DNA of 64,000 nucleotides from the human T2T-CHM13v2.0 reference genome, Homo sapiens: the NCBI RefSeq assembly GCF_009914755.1, contig NC_060931.1; one strand, given 5' to 3'. The notes below the pieces were generated by a model. That model was not told the origin of the DNA. It did not search any database and worked only from the letters and a program-made list of their open reading frames with translations. How positions within the stretch are numbered: the first letter of the stretch is position 1; every line of letters begins with the position of its first letter. A program made the position numbers and the translations under genes. Below are positions 12,898 to 25,847 of this stretch, in pieces.

Positions 12898-14324
12898 CAT
12901 TTGATACTTTAGAAGTCCCAGGTATAAATCTGTAAAAATTTATCCCAGGAGCAAAGTACTACTAGACATTATGGTGCTCAATGTCATTACATAACATACT
13001 GTTAAATGATATGGTATTTGTTGTATATTCTGTGTTATTTTCAAGAGTTATATATTATGGTTTTGCCAAAAGAAAAATCCTACAATTAAAAAAAATTTTC
13101 TTGTTAAATCACAAAATACCTAAATAGAATATGTTGCAAAGGGAGCTATTTTGAATGTAAACTGAAGCAAAATTAATTAGTAGTTGCTGACTTCTAGAGA
13201 AATAATCATAATTTTAAACGAGCTCCATGTGATGTTTGATTTCATTACTGACAAAATCAGAAAAACTTCATTTATTATACCGTGAATGTTCATTATTTTT
13301 GCAATGTATCGCACACACATTTCCATTCCTTCCAACCTATTTTTTAGTCTCAGCATTTCTATTTTGACGTTAGAAAAATATACAACCAAAATCTATAAGA
13401 CTTTGATTAAATGTTGATACAGCTGATTTCAACACAGCCAAAGCCAGTGACCATACATGGAATCTAAACAACAGCTAGTAATTACAGTGTCAAAGGCATG
13501 TATACACTGTGTGTTATGTTTCATTGTCTGGCATGCAAATATAGTCTCCGTTTCCTTTACACTATGTCCAAAGTATAAAGAAAGCCAACCAAAGAGTTCT
13601 GTTTCGTTTACACAAAAGAACAAGGTTCAATCATGTTTGATAAGTTGCAAATTACTGGTAATACCACAAGTGTTGTTACAGCTGCTAAGAATGGTCAGGA
13701 GGATGTACAAAATGCAGCAAAGGCATGAATCAAAAGAAAAAATCTAAACAAGTTTGAATGATGGTGTATAGTATGGCTAACTTTAGCTTCACTTGGGGCC
13801 TGGAAATGCCATATTGGGTGCAGTGTGAGGTGCCTCATATGGAATCTGGCCTTGTATTGATCTGCTAGTCTTTCAACTCTTTTCATACAAATGAAGTGGC
13901 CTCTTCTCAATTGCATGCAAACACAGGATTTACAAATCAAAATTCTTAAAGTTTTGTGTTAAGGCCTGAGCCACCAGGGACAGTGAAAAGGAATAAAGAT
14001 GGTGAAAACATTCAGAGACAAAAAGAAGCAATATGAATTTTCCTCAACAAAACAGAAACTCTATTCCAAGAAGCAGACCAGGTTGGTGTAGTAAAAGAAA
14101 AAAAACAAAGCTACTCTCCTGTGAACTTGAGTACTTGAAATATTAGATCTTTGAAAGACTCTAATTCATGTTGGAATTTAACTCATAAGCGCTTTTTAAA
14201 TCCTACATTGTGCGGTAATTTCTCATTTCATACAATTTCATCTCTGATCCTCCTCCCCTCTACCCCACCCAATTTTGGTAAATGTCATTCAGAATAGGAA
14301 AAGGCTGAACGAGGCTCTGTGATT

Positions 14325-14435
14325 ATGAAAAGAGAGTCATAAATTCCCGTTTCTATTCCTCATTGACACTGTGATCTTAAATAAGTTTCTGAAGTTCTCT
14401 GGGCCCTCGTTTGTATGCATGTAAAATGAAAAGGA
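14325..14435 (+). mobile_element. MIR SINE fragment
   Basis: Degenerate MIR core CTGTGATCTT...CTCTGGGCCCTCGTTT...TGTAAAATG. Confidence 0.6.
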
Positions 14436-14449
14436 ATAGGTGAAATAAA

Positions 14450-14745
14450 AGTTCCAAACTGATGGCTCTACAGCCAAGTGTGGCCTACAGAAACATTTAA
14501 TTGGATCCACAGATTGAATTAGGTTTAAATACTAAAAAGGCAGGACACTTTATATAAAACTCCAGATTTCCAGCTTCACTTGAAAAATCATAAAATCTGG
14601 CACTGCTGGGCTTGCATTTCCACGCAGCAACAATTGGGTGCAGGTGAGTAGCCGTGGCCCATTATATAATGCGTGCAATTCCCTCTTTAGTATAGGACTT
14701 TTAAGAGTCATTTACGTTACCTGTTGCACTTGGAGTTTTAACTTC
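14450..14745. mobile_element. MER102-like hAT DNA element
   Basis: CCAGATTTCCAGCTTCACTTGAAAAATCATAAAATCTGGCACTGCTGGG...GCAACAATTGG. Confidence 0.6.
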
Positions 14746-15082
14746 TAAATGATCTCTTTCTTCTCTGAAATTTACAAAACCATATTTTAAAGTTTGTACT
14801 GAGACATTTATTTATGATGAATGTTCCTCCATATTAATAATGTAAATATCTACTAAATATCATAGAAGTTATGTCTAATGAAAGTAAATTTTTAGTATTT
14901 CCTACTTCATAGTTATATCAGTACTAGTAGTAGTCAATAATAAAAATAATAGCAAACATTTAATGATTGCTAAGTTTGTACCTGGAAGAATTCTGAGTGC
15001 TTATATATGTATTAACTGGAAAAATGCTCACAACAGTGTATTACAATCTAAGGTCCAAGATGATGGGCCGTCCATTTGAAAC

Positions 15083-15268
15083 CAGTGAATCTCAAACTTT
15101 AACCTGTATCACAGCTCTCTGGAGGGCTTGTGAAAACAGATTGCCAAGTGCCAACTCCAGAGTTTCTTACTCTGTAGATCAAGGGTGGAGCCTGATAATT
15201 TGCATTTTTAACAAGTTCCAGGTGCTGCTGATGTTGCTGGGCCAGTGATTACACTGAGAGCCGGTGTT
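15083..15268. mobile_element. MER5A DNA element
   Basis: CTCAAACTTT...CTGGAGGGCTTGTGAAAACAGATTG...TTTGCATTTTTAACAAGTTCCAGGTGCTGCTGATG. Confidence 0.8.
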
Positions 15269-16094
15269 CTAAATACTATTTTATCTTCCATGCCTAACTG
15301 ATGTAGTCAGCATTCAGCAAGCCTTTGAAAAAGAATAGAAACTGTATTATGTAGGTGCTGTTACTCTATTAAGTGATGAGGAAACTAAACTTGGCTAAGG
15401 TCACATGGCTACTAAATATCAGAAGTCAGATATTAATACTTGCACCTACATCTTAGAGGTATGGTGAGGATTAAATAAGAATGGATGTAAAACTGCTTGG
15501 TACAAATGAAGTGTGCAATATATCTTAGCTAGTTTTTTATTATCCTTTGGGATGGTATCTCTCTGGCCATTAAACATATGCAAAGATTTAACATAGTGCC
15601 CAAGCAATTCCATATAAGTTTCCAGAATCACTTGCAGTTAAACTGATCCATGGGATTACCAGTGCTTTCTATTCTCTTTCTAAAACATACTTATCAATGC
15701 CCAGGGCATGCGGAAGCTTCACAGCTAACACACTAGTGTATTGCCACACTGCTGCTTCCGCTTACTGTCTTTGATTTTTTTTTTTTTTCCCAGAGACAAT
15801 AGGTTTGTTTCCAACCTGTATATTCCTGTTTTGGTTATCCTTGCAATTTGAGTACTAGGCAAACCTATAAAATAGGAATTTAAGAAGTAACAGAATTGTT
15901 TCTAGGAAAACTAAGTTGAATATTGTAGAGGAAATTTTAATCAGAAAAAAATGTGTATTACATTTATAGTGCTGTGCCTTTGTCTTTAAATGATTTATTT
16001 GCAGTCAAAAGAGAAATAATTTGGAAGTTACACTTGATTATCAATGTGATTTATGCAGGGATGAAAACAGAACACCAACAGTGAACTTATGTCC

Positions 16095-16335
16095 TGAGAG
16101 CCAGCAACTATGGCTTATGTCAAAAATGGCCTGAGGCCTGTATTTGTATGAACTATGACCTTAGAATGATTTTTACATTTTAAAAGGTTGTAAAAAGAAG
16201 AAAGAGAAAAAGAAGACGCAGAAGGGGGTGGAGGAGGAGGATCTGCAGCAGCCCAGCAACAGAGGCCAAACGGGGCTCTCAAAACCTAAAATATTTAATA
16301 TATAGTCCTTTACAGAAAAAAATTTGAAAATCCAC
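16095..16335. mobile_element. MER58-like DNA element
   Basis: TTAGAATGATTTTTACATTTTAAAAGGTTG...AAACCTAAAATATTTA...CCTTTACAGAAAAAAATTTG. Confidence 0.65.
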
Positions 16336-18259
16336 TTTATACAATGAAAAGGATGTTGTCCCATATTAGCAGCATATAGCTAGAATATACATCTATTTAT
16401 GCTTTAAATTAAAATATTCCAGATATGTATGTCCTTGTTTAAAAAGATGATAATTAGCTTCGCCTGATTTTTAAAATATTGCTCAGTAAATTTGATCACA
16501 TTGGATATAAAATTTTCCACTAGTAGAAGTGCATACAAAATACTTACTCTCTTATTGTTCATTTACCTTATTGGCTTCCAGTCAGTTCACCTCCCTTTAG
16601 TGGCAGGATTCTAAAGGCTTTATTGCCAGATCTCACATTTTTTAATCACCAGGCTTCCTGAATAGTGTTTTGCTCCTGTGGTGTTGAATAGTCCTTACAA
16701 ATGATAGCAAAACTATGAGACTCTATCCCAGTGTCATTTAAAAAAGGTACTTATTGGTGCATGTATCATCTATAACTGTCAATTCGGTGCCAGGCAATAT
16801 GCTTGGTCACTGTTTGATAAGACCCTCAGTCTGTCTCTGTTAAGGGGCCCCATTTTCATATCGAGTTGAACTAAAGAACCAACTCCTGCAGGAACTCTCT
16901 TGTTCCCTGCATGGCACTTTCCACAGCTAGTGTCTCTGCATGCATTGTCGTTTGGAAGCAGAATTTAATTCACTTCTGAATTACTTTGCTTGATGTAAGT
17001 ATGACTTCATTCACAGGAATCTTGGCTAGGTGAGGTAGTAGGAAAAGGTAAGGGTGTAAACTGTAACCTTCATACATTAGCCATTTTCCCCAAAATGTAT
17101 AGATGTACTGGTATTTTTTGTGTAGCAGAGAACAACCTTAGGAAGTAGTATTTTTTAAAAGGCCTTTTAACCTCCAAGGTAAAATAAAGGTGTACTATAA
17201 AGCCATATGGTAATACTTTACAACAGCTGGACTGAGACAATGTACTGCTAATTTGCGCAGTTCTTTTATGTAGGCTAAATGTCTTTCTTTTGCTAAATGC
17301 AGTTCTGAAGGCAAGGGTATTATTAATTGCTGGTGCTGCCCCCTGGTATTCCGATATTCACTGCTAATTATATAAGCCAGTACACTAGTCTTAGTGAACC
17401 ATTTTTCTTCTGCTTGGAGATATTTGATCAGAAGGAATTCCACCTCTGGAACAACTTGTACTAGGTTAGCCCCCTGGGAAAATTTTAATTTACAAGATCC
17501 TTACTGAAAAAAAAAAATCAAATCTGTTTCAAAGAGATTACATTATAAATGTAAACTTCCTAATGAGCTTGAGTGAAATGCTGTAGGCTACAACTGGTGA
17601 ACTTTGAAAGTTTTTACCCTTTTCCTCTTCCTATATATATATATTTTATGTAATCTGTATCCTAAGCCCTGTAAAGAGACCAGCTGTTGCTTACAGTGAA
17701 CTGACGCTTATAGCCAAATCCTACATTTTTTCGGATATAGGTGACCCTTTCCTTTTTACTCTTTTCATTAAAAAATGCTTACTACTAATAAAAGCTAACA
17801 CTGCACTGATTATATACCAGATGCCAGGGTAAGTACTTCAACATAAAATACCTCATGTGATCATCACAACAGGTTAAGGAACTTACCCACGGTTTCCTGG
17901 CTATTAATTGAACTAAAAAAATGTGGTGCTTCAAGTTTGCTAGAAATTCAGATATTTAAACAATATTGAAACATGAAGAAAACAGAGATGGCAATTATTC
18001 AATTTTTTAAATGAATGCTCATCTTGTAGAAGTCAGAACACTGATTTGTATTATGGCTTCCTTTGTTTTCTTCTATTTGCATGTATGCAACTTAAATTTT
18101 AAAATATATCACAATATTATTTATAGCTTACTATATTTCGTTTTTTAGTAAGTCTAAGAATAATGTTCAAATAATTAGTGATCATAATAAATATTGTCAA
18201 CTGACAGATGTCTTGTACATGGTAACTTGTTTATATGATTCTAGTACATAAAAATATTC

Positions 18260-18462
<203 letters not shown>

Positions 18463-18659
18463 GTTCAAAAATTCAGGTGACCTGGTTGAGGGTCTAAACT
18501 TACCACTATTATGACATGTATGGACAAATGTCTTCATCCCTGAGGAATTCAGTTTCTTCATGTAAGTGAAAAAAGAGAATGGTCATATTTTGTTGTTTTT
18601 AAGGTAATTTATAACTCCAAAGTTCTATAAAATTTTTAATTAAATTTTTCAAAAATCTT

Positions 18660-19205
18660 AGTTGCGTGCTCAAATAAAACTACAGATTTTGAAATCTGGT
18701 ACGTAGCTCATTTGCTTCTTTGTTTCTTGCCATTCATTTTTCCCTATTTGACTCCGTTTAGCTACTCTACCCTTTATCACTTTCCTTCTCTGAAATAACA
18801 GTGACTCTTCATACAGCGACTTCTCTAAACAGAACTTCTATGTTCTTGGGAGTGTAACAGAGGGTTAATTTCAGGGAAAAGCTGGCAGCTCCACGCTAGT
18901 TAATCGAAATAAAAAGGCAGAGGAGGAAGGAACTTTTAAGCAATCATCCTTTGATGGCTATCCAACTTTCTCTCTGTTTCTCCTTTCCTTTTTTGCTCCT
19001 TGCAGTAATTAAGCAAACCAGGACTAAAACGACTTCCTGTTCATTTCTTGTCCGATTCCAAAATGTTTCATTACTGTGTCTCCGCTTACATCCCATCCCC
19101 AAAACAGATCTTCAAAGAAGACGCCGAAAGCTCCTGTAGACCCTACCTGCTGTTTCTTCCCAAACTGAGGCACAGTCACGCTTAGAGTAGTCGCCATTTT
19201 CTCTA
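18660..19205 (-). promoter_or_regulatory. Candidate promoter / first-exon region (CpG-retaining, YY1 and ETS motifs)
   Basis: 13 CpGs counted by eye in about 530 bp of non-repeat DNA. CGCCATTTT (YY1) at 19192-19200, ACTTCCTG (ETS) at about 19032, minus-strand CAG|GTAGGG donor at 19147/19146. Confidence 0.4.
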
Positions 19206-19436
19206 AAGGGCACTTTTAGCCTGACAGAGGAGATGAGAAATGTTGATGGGAGATGAATCAGCTATGAACTTCATCAGTAGTTTCTGGACAAATTATTAAT
19301 GTTTAGAAACTGGAGATGAAACTCTCAAAAAATAATCCTGATGTCCAGGTTGATAGAAATTTATTTTATTCATTGTGTGGATGGAAGAGAGGGGAGGTTC
19401 AGAAGAAGGTAAATAGAAGAAAAAAAAAGAGAGTTC

Positions 19437-19843
<407 letters not shown>

Positions 19844-20539
19844 ATAGTACACTGTGCCCTGAGATATTTGTCAAGTAATACTCTGTAGCAATATTTCTCT
19901 TTACATATTGTAGTTTGGTCTCTAATTGAGGGTTTTTCTCAAATTAGCATGGACATTCAGTATTTATAAATTTTTCTTTTTCTGAAGATAACCTATATTT
20001 ATTTTATGAATATGAAGAGGATTTCATAGAAGACCTAAAAAACTACATCCTTATGGGAATAGATACATCAATTTGGAGTGAAGAAGTGTTAATTTAGGGA
20101 AGTGCAGTATACATTTTGAAATACTGGTAATTGGAAAACATAAAGATACCTCCTGTATAATTTCTATAAATAGCCGCTCTCCCTGAACTTTTTAAACATA
20201 CCCCAATGCTATGTAACAGAAAGTGACAAGAAAGGGTCCGATCTAGTCAATTGTTTGTGGAGTCATTAACTGTATTTATCTTGGCTGAACCTAACTCTTG
20301 CCTCCTTCCCCAACCCAGAGCATATTACTTTCTGTCTGTGCAATATTACTTTCTTCATAGAATACTTTCTAAGATGAAATAGGAGACATACTCTTCTCCT
20401 TCTTTTGCTTGAGGTCATTGTCATTATTATTAATCCAATGATACAGAAAAAGTCGAATTTCTGAACACTGATGTGAGGATATTTTTGTAGGGCAAGATAA
20501 GATTTGATCAAAAGATCTTTTGAAAAGTTACCCTAGGAT

Positions 20540-20725
20540 CACTCCTGTAATCCTAGCACTTTGGGAGGCCAAGGCGGATGGACTGCCTGAGCTCAGGAGT
20601 TTGAGACCAGCCTGGGAAACACAGTGAATCCTCATCTCTATTAAAATACAAAAAAATTAGCTGGGTGTGGTGGCGTGTGCCTGTAATCCCAGCTACTTGG
20701 GAGGCTGAGGCAGGAGAATTGCTAG
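20540..20725 (+). mobile_element. AluS fragment lacking its 5' tip and distal right arm/poly(A)
   Basis: Left arm, A-linker and right arm up to GGAGAATTGCTAG, then abrupt end. Confidence 0.85.
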
Positions 20726-22664
20726 GACTGGTACCCAGTGTTGGTGAAAGGAAGAAGGGACCCTTCTGAACAGTGTGTGGGAAGAATGGTTAGAGCATTG
20801 TGACCTTGTGGCTGGCAGTAGGAAGTCATATGACCTTGTGGCTTGGCAAAGAGACTTTTTTAAAGTGAAATATTGTAGGCTGTGGGCTGTTACCTACCTA
20901 CCTTCCCCAACCTGCAATCTCATATCAAAAATAGTATATTAAATATGCTTGCATTTCTTATGAAAGAGGGGGAAGGGAGTTAGTGTTTCAGGTCAAGATT
21001 GGCGTTGGCGGAAACATAGTCAATAGAAGGAAGCAGTTGACATCAGGGTGTTATTATTGTGAAACTAAGGTTCTTAGTGGATTTCTGGAGGAAGCTTTCT
21101 CTGTTCTTCTCAGCTTTAGACGTTTCCTTCCAATTACATTCACAGTCTAGACACCAGGTTCAGGTAAAAAATGTTCTGGGAAAAGCCTTAGATAAATATG
21201 AAAATGCCAAAGGGTGTTTCACATTTATCTAACAGTGTGAAAGGCCCAGCAAAGATGGAGGCACTGATGAGTATTAACTAACATTTAATAAAGCACATTT
21301 AATTTCCCTAATCTTAGTTGCACGTATTTACTCCATATCCAGCGGTGAGTCTACCTGATGTTGTATCGCCCATTATGCTATTTTGGCCAGAAAAATCAAG
21401 AAGGAATGTAATTCAGCATTGTTTAAAGTCTGTCAGGAATCCTTAGTTGATGAAACAACCATTCTCAAAGGCCTCATCTTCTCTGTTATCCTGGTTTTAA
21501 CTAAATACAGAAACTATTTTGTTAAAATGGATTGCAGACACAAAGGAAAACCATTTCCAAACCCTCCAGTCAGGTGAAAAAAGTCACTGGCACTTTGTCC
21601 CGGGATCTACAGCAGTGTTCCTGGAGCCAGGAGCTCACACAATGCTTCCCCCCTGTCTTGCTGCTGGCAGATATGGCCTCTGGTTGGGAATAATCGTTTT
21701 TAATAATGCAGATCATCACAGGAGCTCATGGGAAATCACTCCAAATATTACCCTTGGACTTTAGTATAGAAATATAGCAAAGGGAAATTGTCCCTATGAT
21801 GCTCAAGGGTTAGAATAATATGGAAAAACCAACTCAGTTCAAATAATTTATTGTCTCTGCCATGCTTTTTGCATAGCACAGCTTAAGCTGTCATTCACTG
21901 ACGGGCTATTTATATAGTCTGAAATTCCAAAGGATTCCTGGATTTGTGTTCTTCTACACTCTTTAAATGATGCATAATAAGGTACTCCACAGAGGTCTTT
22001 TGTAATGAATATGGAGCTGTTTAGTTTGGGCCCCTTCAAAGGGATGGAAGAACAGTAACTGGCTGTTTGAAATTTTATATTATAGAAACTATACTCTGCC
22101 ACTACTTGAATTTGTTAGCATCTTTAAAATAAACTCTACTCCCAGACAAAACCAAATCAATCTTTGTATTCTTGACATTTCACTCTCGAGGCCAATAAGA
22201 GGTGTAAATAGAAGCCCTGAGAAATAAAGGAAGTAGTTGTTCTAGAGGGGTATTCTGGAAGAGATGTGTCCACTATTGTTGATGTGTGTGTGTGTTTTTT
22301 TAAAGGTGGCCAAGTTTTTCTTGGCTTCTTTAGCCTAATTATAATGCCTACTTTCTAGCTAGGTGTGGCAGAGTTCAGATTCGAGTTGCAGAGTTGTCAA
22401 GCCAAATACCTGCTAGACACCTCAAGCTGGAGGTCTTGCAGGAACCCCAGCCCAACGTCTTCAGACTCTTCTGTCTAATCACCACCTTCAAGTACCTAAT
22501 TTTTCTCTTTTATTCATCATCTCAGCAAATGGCAAATTATTTGCCCATGAATCCAAAACATAAATGTGGGAGTATAGTGTGAAGAACAATATGAGGAGAG
22601 AGGGAGATATTTAGCTCAATTTGGGGTATGTTGACCAGGCATTAATAACATAATTCTTACAACA

Positions 22665-22835
22665 TTAGTGGGTTGTATCAATGTGAATATCCTGGCTGTA
22701 ATATTTTATTATAGTTTTGCAAATGTTATAATTGATGAAACTGGGTAAAAGGTACACAAATCTCTTTATTATTTCTTACAACTGCACCAGCTGTAAACGT
22801 ATAATTGTCTCAAATTTTAAAAAATGTTTTTAAAT
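22665..22835 (+). mobile_element. Old L1M (MC/ME-like) 3' end fragment
   Basis: TTGTATCAATGTGAATATCCTGG...AACTGGGTAAAAGGTACAC...ATTTCTTACAACTGC. Confidence 0.65.
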
Positions 22836-24213
22836 GTATCTTGATCCAAGTACAGAATTCACGTCAATAGTATTCATTTAAGCATAAATTCTATTTTCAC
22901 CATATTATAGATGCATGCATAAATGTTATAGGTAACTTTAAGAAGATTTTTCTTCTGTATTCTGGTTCTTTGGTTATTCAAAGTTTTGAGCAGATAAATA
23001 AAAAAATATTTTTACTGGTTAATTATCAAATATAGTTGTAGGCTGTTGTTTGACATCCTATACAAAAACAGGCACATGGCAGGGTAGTCAAGCGAGTACT
23101 CTTTCACTGCTAAACTTGCACTCAGTGAGTTTCTTCATTTTACATGTAACTTTGTCATTGAGAGCACTTTACCCTCCTCTCCTGAAATGCAATATGATTT
23201 TTCTAATTACGTGTGACTCACTTTATATTTCAGATTTCTCAAGGGATACTGAAACAGATTAATGATGATTCTATTTGTGGATTCTGCATTATGATTAATG
23301 ATCTAGCCGAGAGTCACTAGAATACTTTTGTGTCCATGGGATTATAGGATTATTTCCAAGGCCATCTGAGGACCTCATAACGGCAGGAGACAGTGAGGAA
23401 CAGTGTGACTTTTTGTTTCTGTGTAATGTTTAGGGATGTGATTTGTTAAAAACAGATGAAAAAATCAGGATGAAGGTCAACTTTACAAAAAAGAAACTCC
23501 TAGCCAATAAAAGTTCTGCCATACTCCCAGAAGACTATCTTGTCCTTTTACAATGTCTTAACCCATTGCTCACTTAAGAGAAATAAGTACAATATGCTGC
23601 TAAAAATTTAATTGCAATCAATGAGTTTCCAAGCATATGGAATGTTTTTAAAGACATGTTATTTGGGTGAGCTCTTGTTCTGTGAGTTGAATGCCAATCT
23701 ACCAGTTGTTGGTAGTTGAATACAGTCATTTTTGGTCATTTAAGCACAAATAAAGATCTTTCCTAATGATAGACAGAATATATAAGAAAAGAGAAACTCT
23801 TCCTTTTGCTCAAATAGACTGCTCAGGATATGCTTGCCTCAAGTGCTTTGATTTTCCCTCTGGTCATTTTACATGAGAGGGTATATTTTATTCCCTAGAA
23901 AGCTTAATCTGTAATCAGTTATATTTAACAAGTTAACTCAATTGTAAATGATATGATACAAATGAAGATTAAAGCTAATTTAGGACAGCATTTTTACTAC
24001 TGTATAAATTAGCATTGGAAGAATCAGAAGGAACCATGTTTTTGATTAAGGTTTGGTTTAGGCTGAAGGGTTTCAATAAGATCAGTTTTATAAAACTCTG
24101 AACTGGAGCCAATACCAGCTAAAAGATAACAGGATAGATTAAAGCCATGGTAGAAGTTTAAAAATAAAGTCCCTGAAAACCTTTAATCAGGATACAGACA
24201 TGTGTGTTTGTCT

Positions 24214-24216
<3 letters not shown>

Positions 24217-24266
<50 letters not shown>
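24217..24266. repeat. (TG)25 microsatellite
   Basis: Perfect TG run. Confidence 0.97.
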
Positions 24267-24268
<2 letters not shown>

Positions 24269-24289
24269 GTAGTCAACCCTCACCTGCCA

Positions 24290-25400
24290 CAGTTTGTTCA
24301 TGGCCGTACATTTATGCCCTGCTCCCATTACTCCAAGTCATTCTTTCAGCCACTGTAGTCAGTATTACTGCTTTCCTGGCTAGCGTTCCCTGTGTACAGT
24401 TTGCACTCCCCCTTAAAAATTTCCAGTTCATTTTTCATGTTAAAATCAAAACACTCTTTCAAAATATCTTGATCATGGCCAGTTTTCTGCATAATCCCCT
24501 TTCATAGCTCTCTATTGGCCTCAAGATGGGCCAACAAGATGGGCCAACATTCTTTACTGTATAAAATGCTCTGTAGTGTCTGCTTCTGTTCAACTAAGGT
24601 CATCCTTTACTACCTCTTCTGACTTTTCCACTCACCCAAATTATGCTCTATGAATCTTCTGAGATTTATCTCCTATTCTTTGCAGTATTTTTAGACTCCT
24701 CCTGTAGTATTCCCCCACTACCTTCCATACCTGTCATCTGACAAACTTCTAATAGTGTCCGAGGTCATGATTTGGAACTGAGGAATCTCCTGGCTTTTGC
24801 ATGATAGCTTATTTGTCTGTCTTTCCAATAAGTAGGAAAGCTGTTAGATTTGGGACTGGGTTTTGTTCACCATTATATCTATTTTATAAGATTAAAATAT
24901 GCTTTTGATGGTAGGACAAAACACAATGACAGAAAGATGAAAGGCAGAACTCTTTGTCACTTATAGCTCCAGAGGAGAAAAGGCTGCTATGCAGGACCAC
25001 ACAGGGAAGAATAACAACAAGCTGGAGCTGTAGGGGACAGCTTATGTATGGCAAGTGGGGTGGGTTTAGATAGGTTACTGGACTGCTAGTTTATTGGCAA
25101 GTTTGAATACTTTTGCAGGGTCCGGGGCTTTGAGGCTGCTTCTAGTTGTCTGGTGTCTAGCTCTGGGGCAAGCAGGAGGGTTCATAATTATCTAGGAGTG
25201 TAAGAACCTGATAAAGGGAGTGGCTGGTGTATAGACATAAATAGCAGCCCAAGAAGGGGATCTGGTTGCCTCTAGCTATTGCTGCAAAACTGGGTGAAGA
25301 CAAGGTTTCAAACAAACAAAAACCAAACTGTATTACACTATAGTTCAGAGTTTATATTGCGTGCTTAATGCATATTTATTGATACAATGAGTGAAAAACA
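24290..25400 (+). mobile_element. Degenerate L2 3' region, interrupted at about 24895-25337 by an ERVL-like LTR
   Basis: L2 3' words TTTTGTTCACCATTATAT before the insert and GTGCTTAATGCATATTTATTG...ATGAGTGAA after it. The insert ends in ...TATTACA. Confidence 0.45.
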
Positions 25401-25562
25401 GATATATGTGTATATGCATGAATATATGTTACCATTTGGCTCTGTGACTACTGTGCTTTTCCTTAAGCTGCTAGTTATTTGGTATAATCTTATAAGTATC
25501 TAAACGTCACCTACCAGTTACTGTTTCTGGGCCTGTTTTCACATCTCTAAAATGGGTTTCAA

Positions 25563-25847
25563 ATCCCAGCACTTTGGGAAGCCGAGGCGAGCAGATCCCG
25601 AGGTCAGGAGTTCAGACCAGCCTGACCAACATGGTGAAACCCTGTCTCTACTAAAAATACAAAAAGTAGCCGGGCGTGGTGGCATATGCCTGTAATTCCA
25701 GCTACTCAGGAGGCTGAGGCAGAAGGATCACTTGAACCCGGCAGGTGGAGTTTGCAGTGAGCCAGGTTCACAGCACTGCATTCCAGCCTGGGCGACAGAG
25801 CAAGACTTCATCTCAAAAAAAAAAAAAAAAAAAAAGAAAAAGAAAAA
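25563..25847 (+). mobile_element. AluS (Sg/Sx-like), slightly 5'-truncated, inserted in a MIR core
   Basis: Alu from ATCCCAGCAC to poly(A). Preceded by MIR core CTGGGCCTGTTTTCACATCTCTAAAATGGG. Imperfect TSD AAAATGGGTTT/AAAAGGGTTT. Confidence 0.9.

Noticed and set aside
13177-13940. Cluster of overlapping ORFs in unique sequence
   Set aside because: No recognisable domain and no convincing paired splice sites; compatible with chance
15770-15810. Poly-T acceptor followed by a 9-nt microexon-like segment
   Set aside because: Donor AG|GTTTGT is poor and the T-run alone explains the acceptor score
24522-24547. Perfect 13-bp tandem duplication CAAGATGGGCCAA (similar small ones at about 46330 and 55924)
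   Set aside because: Ordinary slippage duplications inside old repeats
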